A DNA stretch of 64,000 bases from Mayamaea pseudoterrestris (taxonomy: Eukaryota). Below are positions 12,407-24,132 of the stretch, in pieces. A model generated the notes under the pieces. The model made no database searches. It saw only the letters and a program-made list of their open reading frames with translations, and was not told where the DNA came from. How positions within the stretch are numbered: position 1 is the first letter of the stretch; the number at the start of each line of letters is the position of its first letter. Where the stretch lies: NCBI GenBank assembly GCA_027923505.1, contig BROI01000005.1, forward strand, positions 1-64,000. The letters run 5' to 3'. Both the position numbers and the translations under genes were made by a program.

Positions 12407-12421
12407 GCTTATGAGACGTAG
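12407..12421 (+). promoter_or_regulatory. Putative primer-binding site complementary to a tRNA-Met anticodon arm
   Basis: GCTTATGAGACGTAG directly follows the 5' LTR; its reverse complement contains the CT-CAT-AA anticodon loop. Confidence 0.55.
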
Positions 12422-12447
12422 TTTGCAACGACTATTTCCAAACGTTT

Positions 12448-15400
12448 ATGTCATTGAGAGACTACAGGAGAATGGAACAAGTCGTTCGTGCACGTGCCGG
12501 TCTGACGGACGAGCAGGTTGCAGCTTTAGCAGCAGCAGGCGTTAACAATGCAAATGATCTATCAAGTCTCACGTTCGAAGACATTCGGGAAATTCTTCCT
12601 GCTCCTACTGGGATACTGATCGTTCGACGTTTGGCGAGTATTTCCAAGTTCGTCGCGCGAGGTCAAGCTTTGACTCCTTTGACGACAATGGCAATGATCA
12701 ACTCCTACAATGATCTCCAAGAACGCGCTCCTCCAGCGGCGGCTCCTCCAGCTGCTGCAGCAGCGGCTGATCCATCAAGAAGCGCATTGAAACTGTCTGT
12801 CAATCCAATGGACGAGTTCAGTGGGTTGCACTCAGACTGGGAAGTCTGGTACATCGAGACGGAGGCGACGCTGCGGCAGACGACTTTTTCAGGTCTACTG
12901 GATCAAGGACCTCCTGAAGGAAATGCTGCCTTGCAAGTACGAAACAAGGAGTTCTACGCAATGCTTATTCGCGCGGTTCACACTGGTTTCGCGCAACATT
13001 TGGTCACGAAGATTAAAGAGCAAGATGGGCATGCGGCTTGGGAGGCGCTCAAGGAATGGTATGGCTCTGGCGAGACATCATCTACTTTGATTGACCACCA
13101 TCGAAACAAGCTCAAGAATGCTGTTTGCGATGAAGATCATTCGGCTAGCGAGTATATCAACACTTTTATCCTGTCGACTGACAAGCTTTCGGAGCTTGGT
13201 GAGGCCATGACGGATCACACGAAGAAGGCAGATTTTCTCGCTGGCATTACGGATCCCGATTACGAGATTGATATTCGGAATCTGAAAGCTAGGGCGAACA
13301 CGACGTTTAACGATATTGTTCATGCTATTCGAAAGCGAGAACAGGATATTGCAGTCGAGGCGTCACAGCGACAGCGAGGAGAAACTGGATCGTCAAGAAC
13401 GAAAGCTCGACGCGCTACGAATGGCGGCGAAGGCAAGAGTTCTAACAATGCAAAAATTCCTTTCATTCCTCCTTTAGTGATGAGCTATTTTACTGACAGT
13501 AACGCCAAGAAAGCACTTATTGTCTGGCGCACTATATGGAACGAGGAACGAAGAATGCCTCGAGCCGACGAGTTACCGTCAAGGGATGGCGATGACAGAG
13601 TCGGGTCCGGCGCAGACCACAACACTGGCAGTGCGAGCACTCGCAAGAGTGGCAAGGGCAAGAAGGTCAAGGGCGGAGCTAGGACACGTCGAACCTCGGC
13701 AACTACGGTTGATGGGGGCGCTCCAGATTCTACCAAGGCTTCTGCAGGCGTCGTGAAGACTCGCTTGACAAAGACTGCATCTAGAGGCCTTAAAGACTCA
13801 ACGGTTGTTGTTCGGATCAAGGATTCGGACGATGAAGGCAGCACTAGCACAGCCAGTGATGACGATGGTAATATGGACGATACGAAGGATACACATGAGT
13901 CTTCGGCTGCCAAGACTGCGCGAGCGTCGCGAAAACGTAAGGCAAAAGGCAAAAAGAAGCTTGCGAATAGTGTAAAGGATTCAAAGGAAAAGAAACCTAA
14001 GAAGACGCGTCGCAACCCAAGGAGTCGTCGCGGCCGCTCGACGGATCGACCCAGGGCAATCATTGATCCAGGATCGGAGGTTCATATTATCGGTGGTGTC
14101 GGATGGGAGGTCATCTCGCAGGTGAACAAGTCCACTCAAGTAGACGGCGCTCTACCAGGAATGGTTGGACAGAAGCTACCGTTTGTATGCGCGGTTACAG
14201 TTTATGAACACCCGACGAGAGGACCAGTACTTATCGGTTGCGGAAATGTGGCTTGGGTCGATTGCGCTACTCATACCGAGTCTTTATTTAATTCTCACTT
14301 GCTGCGAAGCTGTGGTGTTGAAGTTGATGACAAGGCGGAGCGAGATGGCGGATTGTCACGGCTGCAGTTTGACGGCGTTGATGTCAAGTTGGATTTTGTT
14401 TCTGGCGCAACTTTATCCTTCTATCACCGCAAGCCAACTGATAAGGAGCTAGTGACTTTGAACATTCATTGGCTCGTCCCTCGAAGACCCAGTATGGAAA
14501 CTGGTCATTTGTTCAAACCCATTCGGCGAGCACCTGCTCAGTTAGTTGCCGAACAAGCAGAGTGGCGCGCAAGACTAGGCGACTGCCAAGAATTTGCCGC
14601 AGCTAAGACTCTGGAAGCGACGACTCAGCTGTGCGAAGCTCCCGTCAAAATGGAGAATAGAGAGAATCCTCGTCAGCATCGCATGAAGCGTTTGTTGGCG
14701 CTGCATCCAAGACGGGTGGAAGGCCGAACTGATTCGGATACATTCTTCTCTAGTGTGACGTCGATTCGCGGCTACACTTGCGTCCAGTTGTTCTTTTCGT
14801 TGACGAGCAAGTTTTTATTTGCGCGATGCTTAAAGAAGGAAAGTGAATCGCATGCTGCTTATCAAGACTTCATCCGGTACATTGGCGCTCCAAACGTTTT
14901 ACTTACTGACAATGCGCAAACGCAAATTGGAAAGAAGTGGACTAAAACAAGTCGCGAGAATTGCACGAAGCAAAAGGCTACTGTACCACACAACCAGCAG
15001 CAGAATCAAGCCGAAGGGGGCGTTCGGATTGTGAAGCAGCGCGTTATCTTGACGCTCCGCTACGCCAAGGCTCCACTTGTTTTCTGGTGCTACTGTCTCC
15101 TCTTCATTATTGATTGCATCAATCACAGCGCAAGGAAGCATTTAGACTGGCGCACTCCGTACGAAAAAATGTGGGGCATGACACCTGATATTTCGATGTT
15201 TCGATTTAGTTTCTGGCAGCCTGTCTGGTACTTTGAGCCGACAGCGAAATTTCCAGCGCTAAATTTTCTGCCGGGGCGTTTTGTTGGAATTGCTTGGGAT
15301 CATGGCGATGCGTTTACGTACCGGATTTGGACGACTCCGGAAGGAGATTGGAAAAGAGGGCGTGAATTAATTCGCAATGTTGTGAAACCTCGCGTGGAAA

Positions 15401-18023
15401 ACGATGACGCTATTGGTATCGCCGACTATGAGCTGAAGGATGATGCTCTTGTGCTTGAGCGACGCGACGTTATTGGAACGGCTCGCAGTCGTAAACGAAA
15501 ACGTCAAGCGACTCGTCGCCGTCACGGCAAGCAGCAGCGTCAGGATCACGATGATTCGAGTTCTTCAAGCGATAGTAGCGACGATGAAATTGATAGTGTT
15601 GGTAATGACGATGGCGTTGCAAGTTCTCCTTCGAGCTGTTTACGCGGCGGTAAACATTCAAAGGAGAAGGGGGCAGCGGACGCCACGAGAGACAAACACA
15701 AAAATAAAGTTACTTTTAACGTGTCTGACGGCCACTCAGATTCTAAGTCGAAAACGGTTTCGCGAGACAAAAGAGGCAGCCGCAGCAATGTGGTTGTTGA
15801 AACTGTCGCCGAGGACGACGAAGAGGAGGCTTCTGATAGCGAGACGCCTAGCACTGCTAACAATGCGAAACGGACTCGAGAGGAGACTGAGGCAGAGGAG
15901 CTGTTTCCGGACTTCAATCCTTTGGAGAAGAACGACGTCGAGATGGCGACTGAAGTCAATAATGTTTACTCTGCGAACGAGACCGACTCAACCATTGGCG
16001 GCGCCCATGTTTGCTCTATCAACGGCCATGAGTGGAAGGAAGGGCGACTACGCTTGCGAGTCGTTTGGAATACTGGAGAATCGACCTGGGAGGAACTCAA
16101 AGAAATGAAAGAGGACCATCCTCGGTTGACTGCCCAGTATATATTGCACTATAAGGTAACGCGATCCACGGGCACTGATCGGACAATATCTTGGGCCAAG
16201 AAAACTATGCGTGATTTCGATCGCGCGGTTCGAAGGATCACTCGTCTGTATGACTTTCATCTGGACGACAACGACGAAGTCTACACGGTTCGGCGCACGC
16301 AGAAGAAGAAGAAGAAACGCCCTTTTTCTGCTAAGCCAGTGCTCAAGTATGGAGTCCAAGTCCCTCGAAATGTTCGAGAAGCAATTCGGTTGGATCAAGC
16401 TAACGGTAACACGTTCTGGAAGGATGCTATCGAGCTGGAAATTAATTTGTTGACGGACCTCGAGTGCTTCGAGTTTAAACCATCGGACTTTAATCCAGGC
16501 GCGGCATATCAGAAGACGACGCTGGTAGTCATTTTTGATGTGAAGCAAGATATGCGACACAAGGCTAGACTTGTTGCTGGAGGCCATCTTGTCGACGCTT
16601 TGGATCATAACATTTACTCATCGACGGTGAAAGGTATCAGCGTGAAGTTGCTGCACGTTATTGCGCACAAGGCAAAGCTTCGGCAGATCTGTGGCGATGT
16701 CGCAAATGCTTACGTGAACGCTTACACTAACGAGAAGGTTTATGCAGTCGCAGGTCCCGAATTTGGTCCAGAGCTTGAAGGCAAAATAGTGATTATTGTC
16801 AAGGCGCTTTACGGTTTGTCGACTTCGAGCGAGCGTTGGCATGCGCACTTTGCAGACACTCTAAGGGGACTGGGATTTGTGCCAACTGGGTTTGATAAGG
16901 ATGTTTGGATTCGTCTCGCTGCGGATGGTACACATTACGAGTACATTTGCACGCATGTCGACGACTTTATGATTGTTGGCAAGGAGCCAGAGGAGATCAT
17001 GAAGGCAATCCAACTTGTCTACTCGGTAAAATCCATCGGACCGCCTGAGTATTATCTTGGTAACGATTACAAGAAGGACTCAAAGGGACGGTGGTGCATC
17101 GGATGCAAGAAGTATCTGACTTGACGGAAGCAATCAAAAGGGTCGAGCGGATGTTTGAAGTGTTGAAGAAATTCTCCAATCCTACAGCAACCGGCGATCA
17201 CCCTGAGCTTGATACAAGTGAACTCCTCTCTGATGATGAGCATCGCAAGTATCAAATGCTGATTGGAATGTTAGTTTGGATCGTTACAATCGGTCGAGCC
17301 GACGTTGCTCATGCTACTGCTTCGCTATCTAGATTCACGGCAAGTCCGCGCAAAGGGCATCTCGAACGCGTACTCAGAGTCTTCGGCTACTTGAAGAAGC
17401 GACCAAACAGGAGGTTTGTGGTTGATTCAAGAGATGCTGAGATTATAGGAGGAGAGGACGCGATGTCGGCGGACTATACCAAGGAGTTGGAGGATCAGTA
17501 TGAAAATGCTGTAGAGGAGGTAGACACGAGTCTTCCAAAGGCGCTGATTGACGAGATCTTGATTACAGTCTTTGTAGACTCTGATCATGCGCACGACCAA
17601 GTAACGAGACGCTCCATTACGGGTTTGCTGATTTTACTTGGGCGGACGCCTGTCATGTACGCGAGCAAAAGGCAAGGTTCCATTGAAACCTCGACTTATG
17701 GAGCTGAATTCTGTGCGATGAAGACAGCGGTTGAGGAGCTGATTGCTATACGATATATGCTTCGTTGTTTGGGAGTGAAGGTAACACGCGCAAGCGTGAT
17801 TTGTGGGGACAACATGGGTGTCGTCCAGAACGCTACTTTGAAGGCAAGCATCTTGAAGAAGAAGCATGTCGCAATAGCGTACCACAAGACGCGTGAGGCA
17901 GCAGCAGCGGGAATATGCCATCCTGTCAAGATAGATGGGAACGACAACTTCGCCGACTGTTTGACAAAGGGTCAGACACAGAAGGCATTTAGTAAGTGTG
18001 TCGGTGGATTCATGCATGGCTAA
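12448..18023 (+). pseudogene. Copia gag-pol polyprotein split by a frameshift (12448-17124 and ~17126-18023)
   Basis: Gag-like QDGHAAWEALKEWYG; protease IIDPGS; integrase TDSDTFF / LLTDNA / QNQAEG; RT HKARLVAGGH, KALYGL, THVDD; RNase H FVDSDHA, STYGAEF, CGDN, NFADCLTK. An extra TTGAC at 17121-17125 creates the stop. Confidence 0.9.
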
Positions 18024-18120
18024 TTTCGCTGGTCTAATGGGGTATTCGAACGAGAGTTAAACTGTTTGATTTATTTGTTTCTTGTTGATGAGCGCGAGTT
18101 CTTCGTTGGCTCAAGAGGAG

Positions 18121-18339
18121 TGATAGAATTGAGTAGGATAGCTAATGGTTCGGGTGAACCAACGGACAACTGCTGGCTCAGCGGTATCCGGTGTGACATC
18201 GCACGATACCGCATTACTTAAATACCGACCGGTCTCGGCCATCATAACTTCGGTTTAGGCAAGACGACGAGACCGTGTTGGGGCACGTTATCGGGCCAAT
18301 TGACTGTTGTAGCTTTACGGATTCAACTAGGATTCATCA
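18121..18339 (+). repeat. 3' LTR (219 bp)
   Basis: Near-identical copy of 12188-12406, preceded by the purine tract. Confidence 0.97.
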
Positions 18340-18398
18340 AAACCCTCACCAAACTCACTGGGTCGTTTACAATCCCACACTGAACAACCTGTTTCAAC

Positions 18399-20024
18399 AT
18401 GGCGATGAACAAAGCAGAGCAAATAAAGCAATCAGCAGCAACGCCAACAACTGCTAGGAGTCGTGCATGGCATCAGAGCAGCTTGAATCGGCGAATTACC
18501 AACTTTGTGAGAAATGACCTTGACACTGTCGCGCAGCAGTCCGTCTTTCTCCAGCAGCCTTGCGCAAGAGAGCATGCACTACTGTCACGACACGAAATCA
18601 TGACGGGTGCACAGTTGGGTCGAGGAGGATTCGCCAATGTGTTTGAAGTGCGATCCATCAAGGTTGATGCCGCCATTGACGCCAAGCTCACGTTGCCGCA
18701 GCAGCTGGCGCGAAGGCAACTATCCGAAACGTGCGTTTCGAAATGCGGCGTCGCTCGATATGCGATTAAACATTTGCAGCCGCAACTATATGGGACTGAT
18801 AGAAAGGCAATCAAGAATTTCGCCGTTGCATCGGCCGACCTGGTGGTCGAAGGTGCTTTTCTGTCGCGCATGGACCACGAGCATGTGCTAAATCTGCGGG
18901 CGCTTCCGTACGAGGGGATTGACGCGTTACTGCAGGGCAAGCACGACTCTTACTTTTTGTTGCTGGACAAGCTCGATGGGACGCTTGACCAGTCGCTGCA
19001 GCGATGGAAACTGCAGAGTGATTGTGCAACGACAATGTCGTCCATTTCAGCGGCGACACTAACGAATAGCGGCACGAGAAGTAGCAGCATGGACACCAAG
19101 CTCGAGTATGCATTGCAACTGTCTGAAGCACTTGAATATCTGCACGAAAATCGGATTCTGTTTCGCGACTTAAAGCCTCACAATATTGGCTTGAAGGATG
19201 GCAAAATTCGTTTGTTCGACTTTGGCTTGGTGCGCGAATATCCAGCCAGCGCCCGCGTGGAAGATGTTCATTTACTCTCCTTCGTTGGAACGAGACGTTA
19301 CTCGGCTCCCGAAATTGTCAACTCGAGCAAGTATAACGCCAAGGCTGACGTTTACAGTTGGAGCTTGGTGTTGTGGGAAATGCTTGCGTTGGAGCGGCCA
19401 TTTGCGTTGCACTCGGTGGAGGATCATCGCAAGGCTGTTTGCGTCAATGGGGAGCGACCTGAACTGGACCATGACGCCTGGCCGGCAAGTGTCTGCGAGC
19501 TATTGAGGGCCTGTTGGACGGCGAATGTGTCGGAGCGGCTTGCTATTCAGGAAACAAGGACACTGCTGGAATCAATTGTGGAGGCTCGCAAGATGTACTT
19601 GCTGGCAGCCAAAACGACTGTCATTCCGAACAGCGGGGCAATTGAAGTTGTGGAAGAAAGGAAGGAGGAGCTCGTTGACTATGATTCTGACTGCTCTGAC
19701 AGTTCGAGGGACGACGATGCTAGTCAGTTTTTGCACGTCGCGAGTACTCTGCTAACTGGAACATACGAGGACGAGGAAGACGACGACGATGACGAAGCAG
19801 ATGAAGGGGAGGAGACATTTCTCACCAACCAGGATTGGATCATTAAGCATGCATCCGCTCTGCTAACGCTGAATGAGGATAGTGAAAACAATAGTGAGCG
19901 GCATGTGACGCCTATGGGAGACTGGTCTGTTTCATCCAGATCATCTGCTATACGGCGCCCTGCAGCTGATGACGCGGATGCGCCGCCGTTGCCTCACCCG
20001 TTGCAATTTTCGGTAACAGTATAA
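18399..20024 (+). CDS. Protein kinase (TKL-like) with acidic C-terminal tail
   Basis: LGRGGFANV, YAIK, FRDLKPHNIG, DFG, GTRRYSAPE, ADVYSW. Confidence 0.9.
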   Translation: MAMNKAEQIKQSAATPTTARSRAWHQSSLNRRITNFVRNDLDTVAQQSVFLQQPCAREHALLSRHEIMTGAQLGRGGFANVFEVRSIKVDAAIDAKLTLPQQLARRQLSETCVSKCGVARYAIKHLQPQLYGTDRKAIKNFAVASADLVVEGAFLSRMDHEHVLNLRALPYEGIDALLQGKHDSYFLLLDKLDGTLDQSLQRWKLQSDCATTMSSISAATLTNSGTRSSSMDTKLEYALQLSEALEYLHENRILFRDLKPHNIGLKDGKIRLFDFGLVREYPASARVEDVHLLSFVGTRRYSAPEIVNSSKYNAKADVYSWSLVLWEMLALERPFALHSVEDHRKAVCVNGERPELDHDAWPASVCELLRACWTANVSERLAIQETRTLLESIVEARKMYLLAAKTTVIPNSGAIEVVEERKEELVDYDSDCSDSSRDDDASQFLHVASTLLTGTYEDEEDDDDDEADEGEETFLTNQDWIIKHASALLTLNEDSENNSERHVTPMGDWSVSSRSSAIRRPAADDADAPPLPHPLQFSVTV

Positions 20025-20131
20025 CTGCTACTCATAATGAATACAGCTAATAGCTAATAATATTGATACATATAGAGTAACAGTGCTTGCTTGGTACTTG
20101 CCGCAGAGGTGTGTGCAGGAACAAGGCATTT

Positions 20132-22030
20132 TTAATCAGAATTTGACCGCTTCTCGTAGACAATCTGGCTTGGCTGTTCGTGAAACCCACGACCATCATC
20201 TCGAGTAATGTCATAGAGAATGCCTGCCTTTTGCATGGCAAAGTACATGTGCTTTCCATCGGGCGAAAAGGCAAGGCCTGCCGTTTCGTCTGTGCGTGTT
20301 TGAAGCGTGTCGACAAGAGTGTACGTTCCTCGGTCATCTTTGGCCGAGACGCCGCATGCATTGTCGGCGTCTTGTGTAAAGAAGAACACGTCGCCAGCAT
20401 TATCTTGGGCCGTTCGGACAATCTGATCAGGCTGCCCATCGAATCGCCCAATCTTTGTTGACTGTTCCGTGTACGTTCCATCCAGTAGATCGAGTGTGAA
20501 CATTTTCTTGGCCGTCTTTGAGATGAAATATAGACGATCGCCGATCTGGTCAATGCCTTCTGCGCCAGGAAAGTTCTCGCCTCCATTAATCCTTGCGGCG
20601 TCTACGTCAAAGGTCCAGCGAAAAGTGTTGTCGGATGGCCTGAGTAAGAGATAAGTTGTTGACCCACTTCCAATCAACATGCTCCATGGATCCGACCAGT
20701 CAGGATCATCCGGGATAAACCGCCGCAAAGTACTGTTAGCGTCGTCTTCTGTAACAAAAAACTCTGGCGCTGATTGGTTACGCGTCCAATGGGCAAACGA
20801 TTCAAACTTGGCGCCGTTAGTCTCGTCACCAACGGTTAGCATGCGAGATGCTCGTCGACCAGTTGGGTCCACCTGATAGCAGCGACCTCTGTTGACCTCC
20901 TCGCATGTGACATAGGCATTCCACGGCGTTTTTCCGCCTCCGCAGTTCTTGGACGTGTTGGTGAGTAGCATCTTGTAGTTGATAACATTGCCTTGGGCGT
21001 CAAATTCAAAGACTCCGACGCCACCCTCATTGTCATCGACTTCAGAGTTGCTCAAGTAAACCCAACCACCGTCGCCAGTTGTAAAGGTCGCACCAAAGTC
21101 AAACATGGCATGGGAACTAACTGTAGACGTCTTTCCAGTGATTGGATACTCAACTCTCTTGCCGGCATTTGCAATCATCTTTGATGAAAGGCCCCGGGAG
21201 AGCAAAAGCTGATTTTCGCGATGGTCGAGCTTGCCAGCAATATATTCAGCAGCCGACGAGGCAACGGGAGACGATGACGGTAACTGCGTCGGCAGAAAAG
21301 TCGTAGGAGGAGATTCTTGAATAGAGTCGTGACTAGCAGTCGGCGACATCGTAGGTTCAGAGGCAGGCATTGGAGTTGTAAATGAAACATGCGACGAATC
21401 CAAGGAGGGCGCAGTCTTGGCGGGTCCTTCATTTTTTGCGTCGTCCCGCAACAAGCCAGCAAGCATGGCTGGCAGCAAGACAACGAGGCAAAGAATGAAA
21501 AAAGCAAGGAAGAAGCAGCGGCTCGGAGACTCCTTTGTCTTCTGTACAACCTTTGACCATGTATATCCTTTCTGGAATGTATTAGGAGGATCGATCGCCT
21601 TGTCAATCACATCACCTTCTTCGATAGATCGAGGAGAGTCTAATGTCAGGTCTCCAAATGAAAACTGTGACAAGACCGTCTCGGAGCAGCTTGATGCTGC
21701 ATGCATCAAAGTCTCTCGGTTCTTCGTTTCATGGTTGCCCTTGTTGCGAGCAAAAGTGACGGCCGCTTCCATGTCGAATACACTGCTTGCTTCGTCGTAA
21801 GCTATTGGAGGAACCAAGGGTTGATCAGTGTCAACAGAGAGCAGCGTCGTTGTATCAAACGTTTCAGCTAAATGATCAATCGTATCGTCTGTTGCGAAAA
21901 CTTGGTTGCCCTCTGTCGTGTTTGGCTTGATTGCGTCATCCGTTTCTTTGGACAATTGACAAGGTGCGCCTTCGTCATTGGCTGAATGCTCGTCGCCGTC
22001 ATGGTCGTCCCCAACCTCCATCATTGACAT
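20132..22030 (-). CDS. Membrane-anchored PhoX/DUF839-like alkaline phosphatase
   Basis: Acidic N-terminus, one TM helix, Pro/Thr linker, then NCGGGKTPW..VTCEE, KFESF, FFVTED, GAEGID, QPDQI, ETAGLAFSPDGKHMYFAMQ. Confidence 0.85.
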   Translation of the reverse strand: MSMMEVGDDHDGDEHSANDEGAPCQLSKETDDAIKPNTTEGNQVFATDDTIDHLAETFDTTTLLSVDTDQPLVPPIAYDEASSVFDMEAAVTFARNKGNHETKNRETLMHAASSCSETVLSQFSFGDLTLDSPRSIEEGDVIDKAIDPPNTFQKGYTWSKVVQKTKESPSRCFFLAFFILCLVVLLPAMLAGLLRDDAKNEGPAKTAPSLDSSHVSFTTPMPASEPTMSPTASHDSIQESPPTTFLPTQLPSSSPVASSAAEYIAGKLDHRENQLLLSRGLSSKMIANAGKRVEYPITGKTSTVSSHAMFDFGATFTTGDGGWVYLSNSEVDDNEGGVGVFEFDAQGNVINYKMLLTNTSKNCGGGKTPWNAYVTCEEVNRGRCYQVDPTGRRASRMLTVGDETNGAKFESFAHWTRNQSAPEFFVTEDDANSTLRRFIPDDPDWSDPWSMLIGSGSTTYLLLRPSDNTFRWTFDVDAARINGGENFPGAEGIDQIGDRLYFISKTAKKMFTLDLLDGTYTEQSTKIGRFDGQPDQIVRTAQDNAGDVFFFTQDADNACGVSAKDDRGTYTLVDTLQTRTDETAGLAFSPDGKHMYFAMQKAGILYDITRDDGRGFHEQPSQIVYEKRSNSD

Positions 22031-22323
22031 GATAGCAGCTCTTCCAAAAGATCTTCTTTTGCATTACAGCGCTTTAGAACAATGAATCTTGCTGCAAAGT
22101 TCGTTCTTTCCCTTTGGCAAGCGAAGATTCGACAATGGATGAGCATTTGATTCGATCGACAAAAAGTCGACAGAAATTGCCTGATGTCGCATCGTTATAG
22201 TTTTTGTGCCGGTCAGACAAATCCAATGACATGAGACGATGCCCATCACGGTATTAACTGCCAGCTATCTTGAAGTGGGTTACGGCAGTACGAAGTACAA
22301 AGTACTTAAATGTGTACAGTTTC

Positions 22324-24132
22324 TTATGACTGTTCATCTCCATCTTCGCCAGTCAACCACTCTGGGTTAGCCTGAAGAAACTCGAACAGAGTTGTGCGGG
22401 AATGATTATCTTGACGAATTTGTTTGTCGCGCAGAAAAGGATGACGCTCGAGCTTTGTTTCGTCAATCTCATTAGAATTGGTGACCAATGCAAGAACATG
22501 TGGATACAAAACAGGTGCAATTACTTTCGATCGGTGAAGCGCAGCAGGGTATGCGTTAAGTAGCGTCCGAATACCATCAGTCCAGCTTCGCTGGCCAGCC
22601 TTCATGGCCATGATCAATGGAAGCTGGCCTGTTTCGCCTTGAGGAGTTTCGGCGGCTTTGGGATAGTGCTGCAAGAGCATTTTGATGACCTAGTGATATT
22701 GAAGGAGTTTGGATGTTTAGTTGGCACCTACAAACAATGAACAAGATCCTGTCTGCTTCGATTATGCACTCTGACATACCTTGTCAAAAGGATTGGTTGT
22801 CTGAGAAACTGTGATGGATGAAAAGAAGCTGGCAGTCTCTGAGACGACACTAGCGTCATCCGAGAAATTGGTGGCAATCACTGCAGCCGCGGCGTTTGCT
22901 GACATAACGTCATTGTATCGCCCAAGGAATGAAGAAGCCTTCGCAGCAATATGGAGCGGAAGGTTGCCATCCTCGTCCATCTCGGAAACTTGATGAGGAT
23001 GAATTGAAATTGCGAGTCGGATCATTTCTGGAGGACATCCGTATCCAATCAAGCCGACTGAAGAATGCACAATACGAAACTGGCGCGCAACACTAACCGT
23101 CTCGTTGAGAACTGGGCTCAAGCTCGATTCTCGGTCTGCCACATCCACATAAACAGGCAACACATCATCTTCCGTAGGCTCGCGTCCTCTGTGCTGCTCA
23201 TACGCCCATTCCGCCGCCCTCTTTTGTTCCTCGTCGCTTGCAGGAGACGTAGCTTGCGGCATGTACCTTTCCGCATCAGTTCCTTCATGTTCCAATCGGG
23301 CCTCTGTCAATCGAGTCACAATGCGGCGGGCCTTGTCCCACAGTTCACCGAGTTCGCGATGGACCCGCATCGCAGAGACAAGTGCTGCATGTTCTGGTGC
23401 ATCCTTATTTCCTGCTCGAGACGCATCGATATCCGTAATGACTCGGCGGACGCGCTGGCGATAGCGCCCAAACAAGAGCGCCAAGGGCGTCATGCCGCGA
23501 GAGTCTCTGACAGTCATGACATTTCGGACCACTTTCTCACATTTTTCAACATCAAAGTCAGTGTAAGAATCATTTAAATAATCGTCTTCGTCTTCAAAAC
23601 CAAGCGTCGGCTCATGCTCTCGTCCCTTGTCAACGGATATAAATCCTTCCTTGAGCGTCTGATCAAGGAGTAGCATGAACGCTCCCATCTCTAAATTTCG
23701 GAATGACATGCAAGCAGAATGAGCCGGAGTCCGTCCAACATTGTTCGTGTCGACGCATGGAGAAGCTTCCTTCCAATTAGCTCCGCATTCGAGCAAGGCG
23801 CGCATTGCCTCCACCGAGCAGCGATGGCTCGCCGCAATGTGAAGGGGCGTTGCTCCAGAATCATTCTTGAGCCGGCTCGCTGCTTGTAGTGCCAAAGTTA
23901 CGTCCACTGGAGGATCTCCGCTGCGAAATGCCGCGTGAAGAGGAGTGTCGCCATGAACATCTTCGCGAAGCAAAATATCCGATGGATGCGATTTGGCTCG
24001 TCTCAAAACAGCCGCCCAATTGACGTGGTTCTGATTGTCAAGCTTGCAAAAGATTTCAAACTGTTTTGCTGTAACGCGACGAGGCGTTTCAGCTCCGCTT
24101 CCATCGCTTGGATAAATGACATTGGGTCGCAT
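22324..24132 (-). CDS. Ankyrin-repeat protein; exons 24132-22780 and 22689-22324
   Basis: GDTPLHAA, GATPLHIA, GRTPAHSA, GMTPL, GNLPLHIA, GQLPLIMA. GTATGT..CTAG intron (22690-22779) joins PFDK to VIKML. Confidence 0.85.

Larger units (their letters stand above)
12188..18339 (+). mobile_element. Full-length Ty1/copia LTR retrotransposon (CoDi-like), 6152 bp
   Basis: Two TG..CA LTRs; gag-PR-IN-RT-RH domain order; AAAC on both flanks (12184-12187 and 18340-18343); purine tract AAGAGGAG at 18113-18120. Confidence 0.97.

Noticed and set aside
12342..12545. Duplicated peptide MLGHVIGPIDCC.. (also at 18275)
   Set aside because: Chance translation of the two LTR copies.
17091..18023. Separate RNase H gene or programmed frameshift
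   Set aside because: A 5-nt insertion explains the split; no slippery sequence is visible.
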